In this document: positions 28,694-38,632 of the stretch, in pieces
How the letters are laid out: each line of letters begins with the position of its first letter
Numbering within the stretch: the first letter of the stretch is position 1
Virus record (IMG/VR): IMGVR_UViG_3300010430_000004
Span: 1 to 64,000 of that record
Origin: a virus
Length of the DNA: 64,000 nt
Strand: one strand, 5' to 3'
Made by a program: the position numbers and the translations under genes
The notes under the pieces: model-generated
What the model saw: the letters and a program-made list of their open reading frames with translations, nothing else
Told to the model about the DNA's origin: nothing
Databases searched by the model: none

Positions 28694-29209
28694 TTACTCA
28701 GGTAAATTTACGTCAGAGTCTTGATCAGCTTCAGCTTCTTTAATTTCTTTATCTTTAGCTGCTTCTTCCATTTGTCTCTTAATAAACTCTTCTCGTTGTT
28801 TGGCTATTTTATCTTTGGTTTTTTCATATTCAGCTTTCATCATTTTTTCATATTCAATTTCAGCTTTTTCGCACATCTTGTTTATATGAAGAATAACATT
28901 GTAGTCTCGTAAATGACTGCCATTTAAAGCAGCACCATCAGTAGACCAAAATGGACCCCATTTGTTTAATCTATATTTAAGTTGAATAAGAGCATAAGCC
29001 ACTTCATCAGGATCAGTCAATACTCTATTGGCTATGCCAATGGTGCTGACGAAATCTTTGTGAGCATTAACATAATCAATGGCACTTAGCACACAACTAC
29101 ACTCAAAGTCGCCTATATAAGTTTGCATAGTTTTATTGCCAACCATATTAACGCTAAACTTAGCTGTTCCATCACTATTTACTGTTAAACTTGTTCCTTC
29201 AAGACTCAT
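28694..29209 (-). CDS. putative tail assembly chaperone
   Basis: G.F....S..D ... A.L..RL...P.W ... D.N.I pattern resembling myophage tail chaperones. Confidence 0.45.
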   Translation of the reverse strand: MSLEGTSLTVNSDGTAKFSVNMVGNKTMQTYIGDFECSCVLSAIDYVNAHKDFVSTIGIANRVLTDPDEVAYALIQLKYRLNKWGPFWSTDGAALNGSHLRDYNVILHINKMCEKAEIEYEKMMKAEYEKTKDKIAKQREEFIKRQMEEAAKDKEIKEAEADQDSDVNLPE

Positions 29210-29436
29210 TTTTTACCTCTGTGATATTCCTCATAGCTTTTACCTTCAAGTATCCAAGGTTTATTCTTGGCTTCTTGCTTCCATTCTTTTTCATCTAGTT
29301 TGGATATAGCATCATAGTTACACTTCTCACAAACAATGCCTCTATATCTAGGTGTTTTATATTCACCATGCCAACCACAATTTACGCACCAATAATACTT
29401 AGTAGCATCATTGTCGGTTTTAGACATTGAATCCAT
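29206..29436 (-). CDS. small Zn-ribbon protein
   Basis: CVNC...CEKC. Confidence 0.6.
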   Translation of the reverse strand: MDSMSKTDNDATKYYWCVNCGWHGEYKTPRYRGIVCEKCNYDAISKLDEKEWKQEAKNKPWILEGKSYEEYHRGKK

Positions 29437-29710
29437 TTTCTTTGGCTTCTTTCTTGCCTAAGAAGGTTCCACCACTAGATGGATCTCCTTCTTTGCCTCT
29501 AGTTCTTTTATAACCTATTTGTGGATAGCTGATAAAAGAACCTTTAGGTACTTCTATTTGATAGACCACTCCACCAGCATCTTGGAACATAGAGCCAACC
29601 CCAATATCTTGCATAAGCTGATCAAACTCTTCTTGAGTATCTTTTAACACTTGCTTGGCAGCTTCACGCTTTTCAGCTAACTCTAAGAACTTGTTTTCTA
29701 AATCTGACAT
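29420..29710 (-). CDS. hypothetical protein
   Basis: RBS AGGAG; 96 aa. Confidence 0.65.
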   Translation of the reverse strand: MSDLENKFLELAEKREAAKQVLKDTQEEFDQLMQDIGVGSMFQDAGGVVYQIEVPKGSFISYPQIGYKRTRGKEGDPSSGGTFLGKKEAKENGFNV

Positions 29711-29718
29711 ATACTCTC

Positions 29719-30732
29719 CTATGCTACATAGTTTTTAAGTGTTTTAAGGCTCATTAATCCAATAATATCGTGCAGCAGTTTAACGTCCTTATTCCATTTG
29801 TCATTGGTGGATACTCTAATAAAGAATTTTCCAAGACCTTCTGGGTGGATTCTGAGAAGTCTAGAAAAATATTGATTAACAGTATCAAGATTGTTTGACC
29901 CTTTAAGGTCAATAAGAGCAGTGATTCTGCCTTCGTTAAAACCTAGAATACCACGATTAACCACTATTAAACATCTATAATCGTTTTTGGTTTTAAACAG
30001 TTTAATCTGTTCGCCAGACTCATCATTGTCACTGGTAGAAAGTGCTGTTTTAAAACCTTTCTTCTCCATATAGCCTTTAGTAATTTTAGCTTGCATAATA
30101 GATTTGCAAACTATCATAACCTTATCAAGCACAGCGCCTTTGGCTTGAAGCTTTTGAAAAGAATAATCTAAACCAAGAGCAGTGGATTTGTTTGGTACTC
30201 TAACCATATCAAGGTCTACTGGAGCATATACGTTTCTTTTAAGCATTTGCTCACCAGATACATAGACGCATTTAATATTTCTGTCTTTGTTGAATTTTCC
30301 AGGAGAACCAGTAAGCAACAGGATTTGAGGATTGTGCTTCTTGATAATTTCTTGCTCCATATCAGCTAGAAAATATTCATGGGCCTCATCTATGATAAGA
30401 TAATCAATTCTGTCTACATTTTTGCTGTTAAAATAGTGAGGAAGACCTACAGAAACTTGTTTGCCTTCTCCAAGCTCACCGTATTGAAACTGATTAACAA
30501 TAGTTTCATCAAGAAGCTCCATGAACTGATCCTTAAGAACGTTTTGTCCATGAGCAAGAAATACTATTTTTTTGGATCTATCTTGGGCAAGGTCAACAAT
30601 TACATCTTTAGCCATGAATGACTTTCCACTACCAGTGGCAGCGCCTAAGAGTACAGTCTTGTTTCCTTTTCTTAAAAGTTCAAGGATCTGATCGACTGCT
30701 ATTTTTTGGTAACTATAATCTGCTAAGTTCAT
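29719..30732 (-). CDS. superfamily 2 (DEAH) helicase
   Basis: YQ Q-motif, AATGSGKS, IIDEAH, LTGSP, Q..SR.LR. Confidence 0.9.
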   Translation of the reverse strand: MNLADYSYQKIAVDQILELLRKGNKTVLLGAATGSGKSFMAKDVIVDLAQDRSKKIVFLAHGQNVLKDQFMELLDETIVNQFQYGELGEGKQVSVGLPHYFNSKNVDRIDYLIIDEAHEYFLADMEQEIIKKHNPQILLLTGSPGKFNKDRNIKCVYVSGEQMLKRNVYAPVDLDMVRVPNKSTALGLDYSFQKLQAKGAVLDKVMIVCKSIMQAKITKGYMEKKGFKTALSTSDNDESGEQIKLFKTKNDYRCLIVVNRGILGFNEGRITALIDLKGSNNLDTVNQYFSRLLRIHPEGLGKFFIRVSTNDKWNKDVKLLHDIIGLMSLKTLKNYVA

Positions 30733-30738
30733 ATATCT

Positions 30739-30797
30739 AATATAACATGGATTGTTAAAAAATGCAAATTTATTTACATAAATGACTCAAAATGAGA
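30739..30797 (-). promoter_or_regulatory. sigma70-type early promoter + palindromic operator (leaderless helicase mRNA)
   Basis: TTGCAT-17-TATATT with extended TG; operator TGACTCAAAATGAGA at 30783-97. Confidence 0.8.
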
Positions 30798-31376
30798 TTA
30801 TTTTTTTACAATATCCCAAGATTTATGAGGAACTATGCTAATTGAACACACTTCGTCAATGATGTTAAGTTCTTTTGCCTTTTTAGAGGACATCCATAAA
30901 TCATGGCCTTTAGTGTTATCACTAATCATTTGCCTTACTTCATTGGCGTTTTTCTTACCAACAGATTTGGCGAATTGTTTCATTAAGTTTTTGTTAAGCA
31001 TTTTAAAGTTCTTTACTCGATCTTCAACATCTTTAATGTCACCAACAGCTCCACCAATGGCTTCGTGTATGTGAATGTTAGCATTCGGAGAGGCGTACCT
31101 CATTCCTGGACTTCCTGCTATGGCTAATAGAAAAGCTCCAGCTGAACAAGCCTTACTTGAAGTGTATGTAACTATAGGGTTAGGCATAGAGTAGAGCCTA
31201 TCAAGCAACATATTTAATCCAGTAACTGGTCCACCAGGACTATCGATTTGTATTAGAACTGGCTGGGTCTCTGGATAAGCATATTGGATATCATCAAGAT
31301 CATTGAGATATTTTTCAATAGCTTCTTCTGAAAATTTCCTAACAATTAATTTTGGTCTGGTTTTATCTGCTGCCAT
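30798..31376 (-). CDS. clpP: ClpP-family protease
   Basis: IDSPGG, ACSAG (Ser), IHIHE (His), HDLW (Asp), IIDEV. Confidence 0.9.
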   Translation of the reverse strand: MAADKTRPKLIVRKFSEEAIEKYLNDLDDIQYAYPETQPVLIQIDSPGGPVTGLNMLLDRLYSMPNPIVTYTSSKACSAGAFLLAIAGSPGMRYASPNANIHIHEAIGGAVGDIKDVEDRVKNFKMLNKNLMKQFAKSVGKKNANEVRQMISDNTKGHDLWMSSKKAKELNIIDEVCSISIVPHKSWDIVKK

Positions 31377-32411
31377 CTATTCCTCATCCTTCATTAAGTT
31401 CTCTATATATTGATCAGTATCAATACTATCTAGCTTTCCTTTGTTAAATTTAAAAATATGCTCATCTTTTCCAGAATACCAACGAGAAGCGTAAATATCT
31501 ACTACAGTAGTGCCCATTTTTTTGTCTTTAGTCAACTCAAAAATACCAGTACCAAAGTTTGTTGCTAGTTTTCTACCCTCCATTCTTTCTTTAAGCGGAG
31601 CAGGGTTCTTTTTGCTCTTAAACATACACTGTGCAAACAGCGTTATACAAGGCATACCTTTCATTTTCTTAGCACTATCTAAGAAATACCATAAAGGCTC
31701 TTGAGCTTGCCAATCAGAAGTATAATTTGCTTTGGTAGCCCTATGTACTTTTGTAATATAATCAAAAATAATCATTTCAAAGCCTTGCCCAGCAGCTCCT
31801 CTTATAATTTTCTCAACAATGTCAGCATCTTTAGTGTCTGCTTCTTCTTCTGAAATAACAGTAACATATTCAGCTACTATTTTCCTTTGATTGTGAATCT
31901 TTTCAGTTTCTTCTATAGTAGTCTTACCAAGAATATGGGAGTTATAATTAATGCCTAAGTCAATACAAGCTATGCGGCCCAATACATCTTTTTTCAGTTC
32001 CTCATTAGTTATAAACAAAACCTTTCTTTGTTCACGATAAAGTCCCCATGCAATATTTGCAGCAAAAGTAGATTTACCTTGTTTTTGAGCAGCTAGAAAA
32101 CAATAAAGTTGGTTACGAGCAACTTTACAGTGCTCTTGAAATAATTTGTCAATGAATGGTCTGTTTAGTAGCGCGTCTTCTCTCGCCTCGTTGTCCAAAA
32201 TAAAATCATCGTCACCATCATAGGCTTGATTAAAGAGTTTCACAGGGTCCAAACTCTCAAGACTCTCAAGGCCTCTGTTCATTGTCTTATTTCGTTCATT
32301 CTCTCTTTTAATTCTATTAATTCTATTTTGCTCATCAAGATTTTGGATAGCTGTTTCTTCTTCTACAAGCGTTTCCAATTCTTTGCCAAATTTTTCCTTA
32401 GCATCACTCAC
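31377..32411 (-). CDS. DnaB-like replicative helicase
   Basis: AAQKQGKSTF, VLFITNE, IIFDYI, LFAQ. Confidence 0.8.
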   Translation of the reverse strand: MSDAKEKFGKELETLVEEETAIQNLDEQNRINRIKRENERNKTMNRGLESLESLDPVKLFNQAYDGDDDFILDNEAREDALLNRPFIDKLFQEHCKVARNQLYCFLAAQKQGKSTFAANIAWGLYREQRKVLFITNEELKKDVLGRIACIDLGINYNSHILGKTTIEETEKIHNQRKIVAEYVTVISEEEADTKDADIVEKIIRGAAGQGFEMIIFDYITKVHRATKANYTSDWQAQEPLWYFLDSAKKMKGMPCITLFAQCMFKSKKNPAPLKERMEGRKLATNFGTGIFELTKDKKMGTTVVDIYASRWYSGKDEHIFKFNKGKLDSIDTDQYIENLMKDEE

Positions 32412-33360
32412 TGATGGCCTCTTCTTTAGCTTTCCGTTTCTTGTATCTTGCTATCATTTCTTTTCTCATAAGGTCAGTATGTTCATTCTCAAAGTCATCT
32501 TCATCTTTAGGCTCAGGCTCTTGTATGTCAAGATCTTTAGCAAACCATTCACCTAGCAATGATTCAAATTTTTCTTCAATATTTTCTTTGTATTCTTTTT
32601 GAGCTTTAGTTTTTTGTTTCTTGCCAAAGTAATGAGTGACTAGTGTACTGACTGTAAATATGTCATTGTCAAAGTCGTCGCAATTTAAAGCGGCAGTTTC
32701 TATAATAGCTGATAGCAATCCAAAATTAACGCTTTCGCTTGCTGGAAATCTACCATTTAGCATTTCTTTAAAACTTATTTTGTTGGTTTTTGTCTCGACT
32801 TCTTGCTTGACTGGATTTGCTTTGATAGCAGTGTCTTTAGCTTTAGTGTCTTCAAACTTATTATTATCGTTATTCTTGTTATTAAGGAATTGTTCTAATT
32901 GTTTTGTTTGTTCGTTTATATCAACCTTCATATATTCTAGAATTTCAGGCAATGCTATTTTAAGGCCCAAGGGCTTTCTGCTAGTTTTGTCATTGTCAAA
33001 AATTATCTCAAAGATACCAGAATCAGTGGCCTTTTTGATAACATCTTTATATTGATTGCTACTAAAAGCCTTGCCTTGTTCAAAGGTATAATTTTGATCA
33101 CTTCTTATCAGATTTTGCAATGAAGTTCTAGTAACTGCAAAACACACCTTATTTTGGTGAATGGCACTATTTAGCATTGTAGCTAGTGCCCTGCTTATAG
33201 GATCGTAGCCAAAACTCTCGTTGTTTAGGTCGTCATATAAGTCCTGAGACATCTGCCAGTGAGGATGTATCAAGTCTTCTGGCTGAATAACCTTGGTTGT
33301 TTTCAATATAATTAATTCGTTTTTGGTTGCCAATATCTTTTTCATTAGCAGACTTGCCAT
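32404..33360 (-). CDS. hypothetical, possible replication initiator/helicase loader
   Basis: Lies between tandem repeats and the DnaB-like helicase; wHTH-like N-half; function inferred from context. Confidence 0.45.
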   Translation of the reverse strand: MASLLMKKILATKNELIILKTTKVIQPEDLIHPHWQMSQDLYDDLNNESFGYDPISRALATMLNSAIHQNKVCFAVTRTSLQNLIRSDQNYTFEQGKAFSSNQYKDVIKKATDSGIFEIIFDNDKTSRKPLGLKIALPEILEYMKVDINEQTKQLEQFLNNKNNDNNKFEDTKAKDTAIKANPVKQEVETKTNKISFKEMLNGRFPASESVNFGLLSAIIETAALNCDDFDNDIFTVSTLVTHYFGKKQKTKAQKEYKENIEEKFESLLGEWFAKDLDIQEPEPKDEDDFENEHTDLMRKEMIARYKKRKAKEEAISE

Positions 33361-33428
33361 TATTTTCTCCTAAATACTTAAAACCAGTAAAGAAACCAGG
33401 AATATACTAAAATTTCTGTACGCTTTAA

Positions 33429-33436
33429 TAATATCG
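33429..33436 (-). promoter_or_regulatory. putative middle promoter (CGATATTA)
   Basis: Heads the replication operon. Confidence 0.6.
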
Positions 33437-33443
33437 CAAAACC

Positions 33444-33516
33444 CTATACCGAATACTATACCGAATACTATACCGAATACTATACACAGAATAAGAATAA
33501 GAATAAGAATAAGAAT
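33444..33516. repeat. tandem repeats (CTATACCGAATA x3.5; AGAATA x~5)
   Basis: Read directly; intergenic. Confidence 0.95.
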
Positions 33517-34019
33517 TATTCAAAATACCCATTCTCTTCTAAATACTCCCTTTCAGGGGTTATGAAATTTTCTCTATAAGCCTTTTTAACACGATCATCA
33601 GAATAATCATTGTCACTATCCCACTTCATTTGAGGTCTGTATTTCTTCATAAGCTTTTTACCAGAGCTATCGGCGCATTGTTCAGCCTTGAGTCCATATC
33701 TAATAGTAGCAAAGGCCCTGTCAACTTCATCTATATAAGATTGACTCTTAGATGCTGAACTCTCGTATTTATAGTACTTTCCATCTACATAATTTCTATG
33801 ATGACCAAGCTCATGGAAGAAATCTTGCCAAACGTGCATGGCCAGCTGACTAAGATTGATTTGAACAAGCCTATCACAATTATAGATACCACTGCAAAGC
33901 TTTTTAACTGGTTGTATATTTAACCTATAGCCAAACTCAATCAGTGCTATGTGTCTCATTTGTCTGATAATTGAGATGTTCTTTTCTTTGCTTCTCCAGT
34001 AATTGTCATATAATCCCAT
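33516..34019 (-). CDS. HExxH (ImmA/IrrE-like) metallopeptidase
   Basis: FFHELGH ... EQCAD. Confidence 0.7.
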   Translation of the reverse strand: MGLYDNYWRSKEKNISIIRQMRHIALIEFGYRLNIQPVKKLCSGIYNCDRLVQINLSQLAMHVWQDFFHELGHHRNYVDGKYYKYESSASKSQSYIDEVDRAFATIRYGLKAEQCADSSGKKLMKKYRPQMKWDSDNDYSDDRVKKAYRENFITPEREYLEENGYFE

Positions 34020-34181
34020 TATTGTCCTTTGTTGTATTTGTATAATTCTAATCCACAGCTAATGTAACAAAACAAAGCAAGATAAATGAATTTAGGCTCC
34101 ATAGGTATTAGAACAAATACGTTTAAATTGCCACATAAAAACATGACTATAGCTAAATGTATTCTCATGCTTTTCATAACA

Positions 34182-34394
34182 CTATCCTGTTTGCTTTATA
34201 AATATTGTAATTAGACCAAACAAAATATAAATCCTGTTACCATAGCCTGCCTTTCCAATAACATTACTATAATATTGTTGGTAGCCTATTAAACCGTAAA
34301 GTATTTGCCAGTCTTCGTCACACCTATCTGTATAAATAGAGGTTACGTTTTCTTTAAAAATTCTAGCTTTAGTTTGTAATTTTGTTTCAGTCAT
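34182..34394 (-). CDS. hypothetical protein
   Basis: RBS GAGG; in operon. Confidence 0.5.
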   Translation of the reverse strand: MTETKLQTKARIFKENVTSIYTDRCDEDWQILYGLIGYQQYYSNVIGKAGYGNRIYILFGLITIFIKQTG

Positions 34395-34570
34395 AGTTCT
34401 CTTAACCTCTTTCTTAGTTCTTCAAGTATTTTCTCAAATCTCTTAAACTTATCTTCTACTTCAACTCGTTTAGCACTGGTTCCACATCTACCTTTATTGT
34501 CGGTAATTTCTGTGTGTAGTAAAATAAACATTTCAAGGCTATTGATTTCTCTCTCAAGCCTTTCAATGTC

Positions 34571-34861
34571 TTAGTCTTTACTAGTTTTCTTCCCAACACC
34601 AATAACCTCACTTATTTCGTTTAATATAAATTTGTTCTTGCTTAAGAGATTTTCTAGTTTTTTAATATTCTCTTTTAACTCATAAAGCTCTTTATCTTTC
34701 TTATAGTCATTGTATATCTTATACATAGAAGTTTTGCCCATTTTTTTAGGAAAGCAAATCAGCCTAGTTTTAGGTTTGCTTTCAAAGGCTTCAATCATTA
34801 ATAACTGATAGTCATGTAGTTTATATCCCAGATGCTTTTCAGAAAATTCTTTAAAACTCAT
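34571..34861 (-). CDS. small protein resembling a terminase/ATPase N-terminal fragment
   Basis: L..YQ...I ... PKKMGKT followed by a coiled coil. Confidence 0.55.
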   Translation of the reverse strand: MSFKEFSEKHLGYKLHDYQLLMIEAFESKPKTRLICFPKKMGKTSMYKIYNDYKKDKELYELKENIKKLENLLSKNKFILNEISEVIGVGKKTSKD

Positions 34862-35003
34862 ACAATAACAACCTTAAATCCAGCTTTATTTAGTTCAGTT
34901 AGCTGTTTGTTAGAGATTTTAGTAACCCTAACAGTTTTGGTTTTCAATGCTTCTTTAATTTTTCTAGGTAAATCCATATAGATAACGTTCATTGTTTTAT
35001 CTC

Positions 35004-35555
35004 CTACTGTTTTACTTCTTTAAATCTAGATGGACAGTTATCAGCGTGTAAAGCGTCTTTAATTGTTTTCTGTCCACAAGTACACTTTGGATGATGTTCT
35101 TTAAAAAAGAACTTTTTAAGTTTATCAGCCTCAGTTTCCTCTGTTTCTTCTTCTGCTTCTTTGATCATTTCCTTAATTTCTTGCTTCTTAACCTCATTTT
35201 CAAGATCTGTTAATGATGATCCTGTAGGCAATGTTACAGTGTTCCAACGATTGGTGTTTGTTTTACTTTCAAGGTGTTTGTCAAGATCTTTCACTTTGCT
35301 GGTCACTATACTGTTTAGGTCTTGACTAAACTCAATAACAACTTCTGGTATATTTATTTGTCCACCAACGTCTTTAAAGTCATCATGTTCAAGATAGAAA
35401 TAATAAGTCCCTATCCTAGTAGGGTCATGCTCAATCATTACCAATTTAATGTCCTTTGGTAATTGAGAGAGAATATTCCTATAGGCATAGTGATTTAAAG
35501 GCCATTTATTTGCGTTAAGCCCTACATTATTAATTGCTATCTTGATTTGCCTCAT
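35004..35555 (-). CDS. hypothetical protein with C-terminal CTCG..H..NCP Zn motif
   Basis: ATGA coupling. Confidence 0.65.
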   Translation of the reverse strand: MRQIKIAINNVGLNANKWPLNHYAYRNILSQLPKDIKLVMIEHDPTRIGTYYFYLEHDDFKDVGGQINIPEVVIEFSQDLNSIVTSKVKDLDKHLESKTNTNRWNTVTLPTGSSLTDLENEVKKQEIKEMIKEAEEETEETEADKLKKFFFKEHHPKCTCGQKTIKDALHADNCPSRFKEVKQ

Positions 35556-36091
35556 CCTACTTGCTCTTCTTTTTGAATAGTAGGGTTTGATGGATAAATT
35601 CTACCCATAGGGTTTAGCCTTGGCACTCTAAATTGTTTAGCTTCATTATTAAGCAAGAAACCAGTTTTAATTTTTTCAGTTACTGCTAATTCAGTGCCAT
35701 CTAAAAGATAAACTGTTCTGCCTATTTCAAAAGGCTCATTAATCCACTCTACATTATATGGAGCATAACTTCTAATGCTTGTCTTGTCCACTACAGAATC
35801 TTTAAGTTCAATATCCCAACCAATAATTTTGGCAGCGTCCATGAATAATTTAAGGTCTCCATCTTCTTCTAAGAAGACGCGAGTAGAGTTTATAAAGCTA
35901 AATGGGCTTATTAAATCTTTGATGCCAGTGGCTACGATGTCTTCGTGAGGCACACTCACCCAGCCATGTCCAGGGTCTTGAGTATAAGTATATTTCTTTT
36001 TAATTTTAGTTTTGATTTTTAATTCTGTGACATTTTGTCCGAATTCTTGTCCAGCTAATGGTTTATTTTGAGTTCCGATTGGTAAGTTCAT
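35552..36091 (-). CDS. conserved phage hypothetical (DPGHGW...LEED family)
   Basis: Start at 36091 after AGGAG and promoter; DPGHGWVSVP and VFLEEDGD motifs. Confidence 0.7.
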   Translation of the reverse strand: MNLPIGTQNKPLAGQEFGQNVTELKIKTKIKKKYTYTQDPGHGWVSVPHEDIVATGIKDLISPFSFINSTRVFLEEDGDLKLFMDAAKIIGWDIELKDSVVDKTSIRSYAPYNVEWINEPFEIGRTVYLLDGTELAVTEKIKTGFLLNNEAKQFRVPRLNPMGRIYPSNPTIQKEEQVG

Positions 36092-36112
36092 CTTGGCTCC
36101 TTGGTTAATTTT

Positions 36113-36170
36113 AATATAACATAGATTGTTAAAAAATGCTAGTAAAATTTTAAAACGTCTCAAAATGAGA
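36113..36170 (-). promoter_or_regulatory. sigma70-type early promoter + operator
   Basis: TAGCAT-17-TATATT; operator CGTCTCAAAATGAGA at 36156-70. Confidence 0.8.
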
Positions 36171-36485
36171 TTAGGCAGCAATTTCAATTATTTGTGTGTC
36201 TTCTAGTTGTTCTTCTTTTTGTTTTAAATTGTTTTTGAATAATCTTAAAAGTATGTCTACATCCATGCCACAAGTTTCTAGTGTAATATCCCAAACGCAT
36301 TTATCTAAATGTATCATACACTTATTATTTCTAAAACCACGGTATTTAAAAGCAAAGGTCATTTTATCAAAGCCAATAATTTCCATCATTAGCTCTAAGG
36401 CCTTGCCTTCGTTGTGGTAAAACCTTTTTTCTCTTCCTTCAATTATTATTAAAACTTCTTTAGTATTTATCCACAAAACGTTCAT
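36171..36485 (-). CDS. hypothetical protein
   Basis: GGAGG RBS before ATG 36485. Confidence 0.6.
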   Translation of the reverse strand: MNVLWINTKEVLIIIEGREKRFYHNEGKALELMMEIIGFDKMTFAFKYRGFRNNKCMIHLDKCVWDITLETCGMDVDILLRLFKNNLKQKEEQLEDTQIIEIAA

Positions 36486-36495
36486 ATTGGCCTCC

Positions 36496-36519
36496 AAAAT
36501 AAAAGGGCACTATGTGCCC
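36496..36519 (-). terminator. intrinsic terminator
   Basis: GGGCAC-ATA-GTGCCC-TTTTATTTT on the minus strand. Confidence 0.7.
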
Positions 36520-36527
36520 CATACTGT

Positions 36528-37169
36528 TTAGAAATTAAGTCCACCATTAAGGTAAGCAGATCCTTGCATATGAATTTGTCCACCAATGCTATAACGTTGT
36601 TTTTTACCAAAACGTCTTTGATACATAAGACCCATATCAAATTCTTCATCAGTTTCAGCACGATAACTGCCAGTAGCTTCTTTGACTTTTAATTTAGTAG
36701 GTGTAATGCCAACAACTAAACTAATAGTGTTTTTCTTAGAAATGTCACGGTCAACATATTCTGTACGAATGACTACAGGTTTAATTTTCTTTTTGCTCTT
36801 AACCACTTTAATTCTGTTTTGGTTTCTTGGTACAATTTTAAATTTGTCACCATCAAGCTCAACAGTTTTTCCATCCTTAGTAGTGCGAACAATTTTGGAG
36901 TCTTTAAACACTTCAGGTGTTTCTTCTTTTACATAATGCTTTTCTACATCACTTGTATCTACATTACATACTCCAGTTTTATCTAAAATACACTCAGTAA
37001 ACTCTCTGCTATCTTCATCCATGATCTGATCTAATTCAAAAAGAAGCTCAGTATCAGCCTTGGCATTGACAGCAAAGGCCATAGTTAGTAGAATAATAAC
37101 TGCTAGTGTGTTTAGTACTTTTAGTGTTTTGTTAAAGTTCATCATTTTATTTCTCCTATTTAAGTTCAT
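36528..37169 (-). CDS. secreted protein with C-terminal outer-membrane beta signal
   Basis: Signal peptide ending AKA; four amphipathic strands ending YLNGGLNF; true start probably ~37145. Confidence 0.7.
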   Translation of the reverse strand: MNLNRRNKMMNFNKTLKVLNTLAVIILLTMAFAVNAKADTELLFELDQIMDEDSREFTECILDKTGVCNVDTSDVEKHYVKEETPEVFKDSKIVRTTKDGKTVELDGDKFKIVPRNQNRIKVVKSKKKIKPVVIRTEYVDRDISKKNTISLVVGITPTKLKVKEATGSYRAETDEEFDMGLMYQRRFGKKQRYSIGGQIHMQGSAYLNGGLNF

Positions 37170-37171
37170 TA

Positions 37172-38332
37172 TTAGTTAAAGTCCAAAACTTTTATAATCA
37201 TAGATGAGTATTCGCCTTCTATAGTAACTTGCAAGTCATCTACCCAACAAATCTCACCTTGCTCATCATTGCTGTTCTCACCAGAAGCAATGTTGTTACA
37301 ATAAGCAAATCGTCCACCACCACTATGATGACAGTCATCATTATTGTAAACATCTGCATGGTCACCTTCATTTTCAACATAAAGACCTGGAGCAATATTA
37401 TAGCATTGGCCAGTAACAGGGGTCAAAACAGTAGACAAGATAACAGCATCAGTACCGTTAGTACCATTAGTTCCATTAGTTCCATTAGTTCCATCAGTAC
37501 CGTTAGTTCCATTTGTTCCATCTTTGCCGTCTTTACCGTCTTTGCCGTTTTCAATAACAAGCTCAGATCCGTCATCACAAACAAGTTTATTGCCTTTTAA
37601 AGTACAGGATTTGCCATCAGTGCCGTTAGTTCCATTTGTACCGTTAGTGCCATCAGTGCCGTTAGTTCCATTTGTACCGTTAGTGCCATCCACACCGTCT
37701 TTACCATCTTTACCGTTAACACCGTTAGTACCGTTAGTGCCATCAGTACCATTTGTGCCGTTGTTTCCTGTATCACCTTTAATATTTGTTTGAAGAACCC
37801 AAACTCCAGCGATTCTTTTAAATACGTCATTGGTATTGGTATTGATAAAGGTATCTCCATCTTTGCCGTCAACACCGTCAACAGGATCTACTGGACCATA
37901 AAGAACTTCAGAACCATCAGCACCATTTAAACCATTAGTACCGTCAACACCATTAGTACCGTTAGTACCGTTTGTTCCAGCAATTCCTTGAATGCCCTGA
38001 GTACCTTGAATGCCCTGAACACCTTGCTTGCCTTGAGCACCAGTAGCGCCTTTAGGTCCGGTTGCTCCTGTAGCACCTGTTGCTCCTGTAGCTCCAGTGT
38101 TTCCTTTGTCGCCTTTTGCTCCATCCACACCGTTAGTACCATTTAAACCGTTAGCTCCATCAACACCATTGTTAATGTCGGCTGTTGTTCCATCTTGACA
38201 TTCAATAGTTCCACCATTAGCGGTGTCTACTACAGTACAAGAGTCTCCTTTAGCTGTTCTAAACTCAACTGATTCATTGGCTCCACAAGCAGTTAATGCC
38301 AGCATCCCCAAAACAATTAATAAATTTTTCAT
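37172..38332 (-). CDS. collagen-like lipoprotein
   Basis: Lipobox LTAC; long G-X-Y (GTN, GKD, GAT) tracts separated by Cys-bounded knobs. Confidence 0.85.
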   Translation of the reverse strand: MKNLLIVLGMLALTACGANESVEFRTAKGDSCTVVDTANGGTIECQDGTTADINNGVDGANGLNGTNGVDGAKGDKGNTGATGATGATGATGPKGATGAQGKQGVQGIQGTQGIQGIAGTNGTNGTNGVDGTNGLNGADGSEVLYGPVDPVDGVDGKDGDTFINTNTNDVFKRIAGVWVLQTNIKGDTGNNGTNGTDGTNGTNGVNGKDGKDGVDGTNGTNGTNGTDGTNGTNGTNGTDGKSCTLKGNKLVCDDGSELVIENGKDGKDGKDGTNGTNGTDGTNGTNGTNGTNGTDAVILSTVLTPVTGQCYNIAPGLYVENEGDHADVYNNDDCHHSGGGRFAYCNNIASGENSNDEQGEICWVDDLQVTIEGEYSSMIIKVLDFN

Positions 38333-38354
38333 AATATTCTCCTTTGTTTATTTT

Positions 38355-38413
38355 AATATAACTTATTTTTTTAAAAAATGCAATTAAATTTTTACAAATG
38401 TATCAAAACGAGT
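38355..38413 (-). promoter_or_regulatory. sigma70-type early promoter + operator
   Basis: TTGCAT-17-TATATT; operator TGTATCAAAACGAGT at 38399-413. Confidence 0.8.
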
Positions 38414-38416
38414 CGA

Positions 38417-38632
38417 TTAATGATAACTTTCGAAATCGTCTTCAACATCGTCTTCAATTAAACTTTCTTCGAATCTATTATATATTTCCCTTTCTTGCAT
38501 AATACGAACAAGGTCTTCAACTGTACTTAGCCAAGTCTCATCGTATTCTAACATTGGATCGTCTATTAACATATCTTCATGCTTTTTTAAAGCATCTAGC
38601 AGTTCATTATTTGTTAGGGCTTCTAAGCGCAT
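38417..38632 (-). CDS. small acidic hypothetical protein
   Basis: RBS AGGAG; D/E-rich. Confidence 0.6.
   Translation of the reverse strand: MRLEALTNNELLDALKKHEDMLIDDPMLEYDETWLSTVEDLVRIMQEREIYNRFEESLIEDDVEDDFESYH

Noticed and set aside
30798-31376. ClpP as the prohead protease
   Set aside because: It lies in the replication operon on the opposite strand with no late promoter, far from the head genes
33444-33516. Tandem repeats as a mini-CRISPR
   Set aside because: Units are 12 and 6 bp and contiguous, with no spacers
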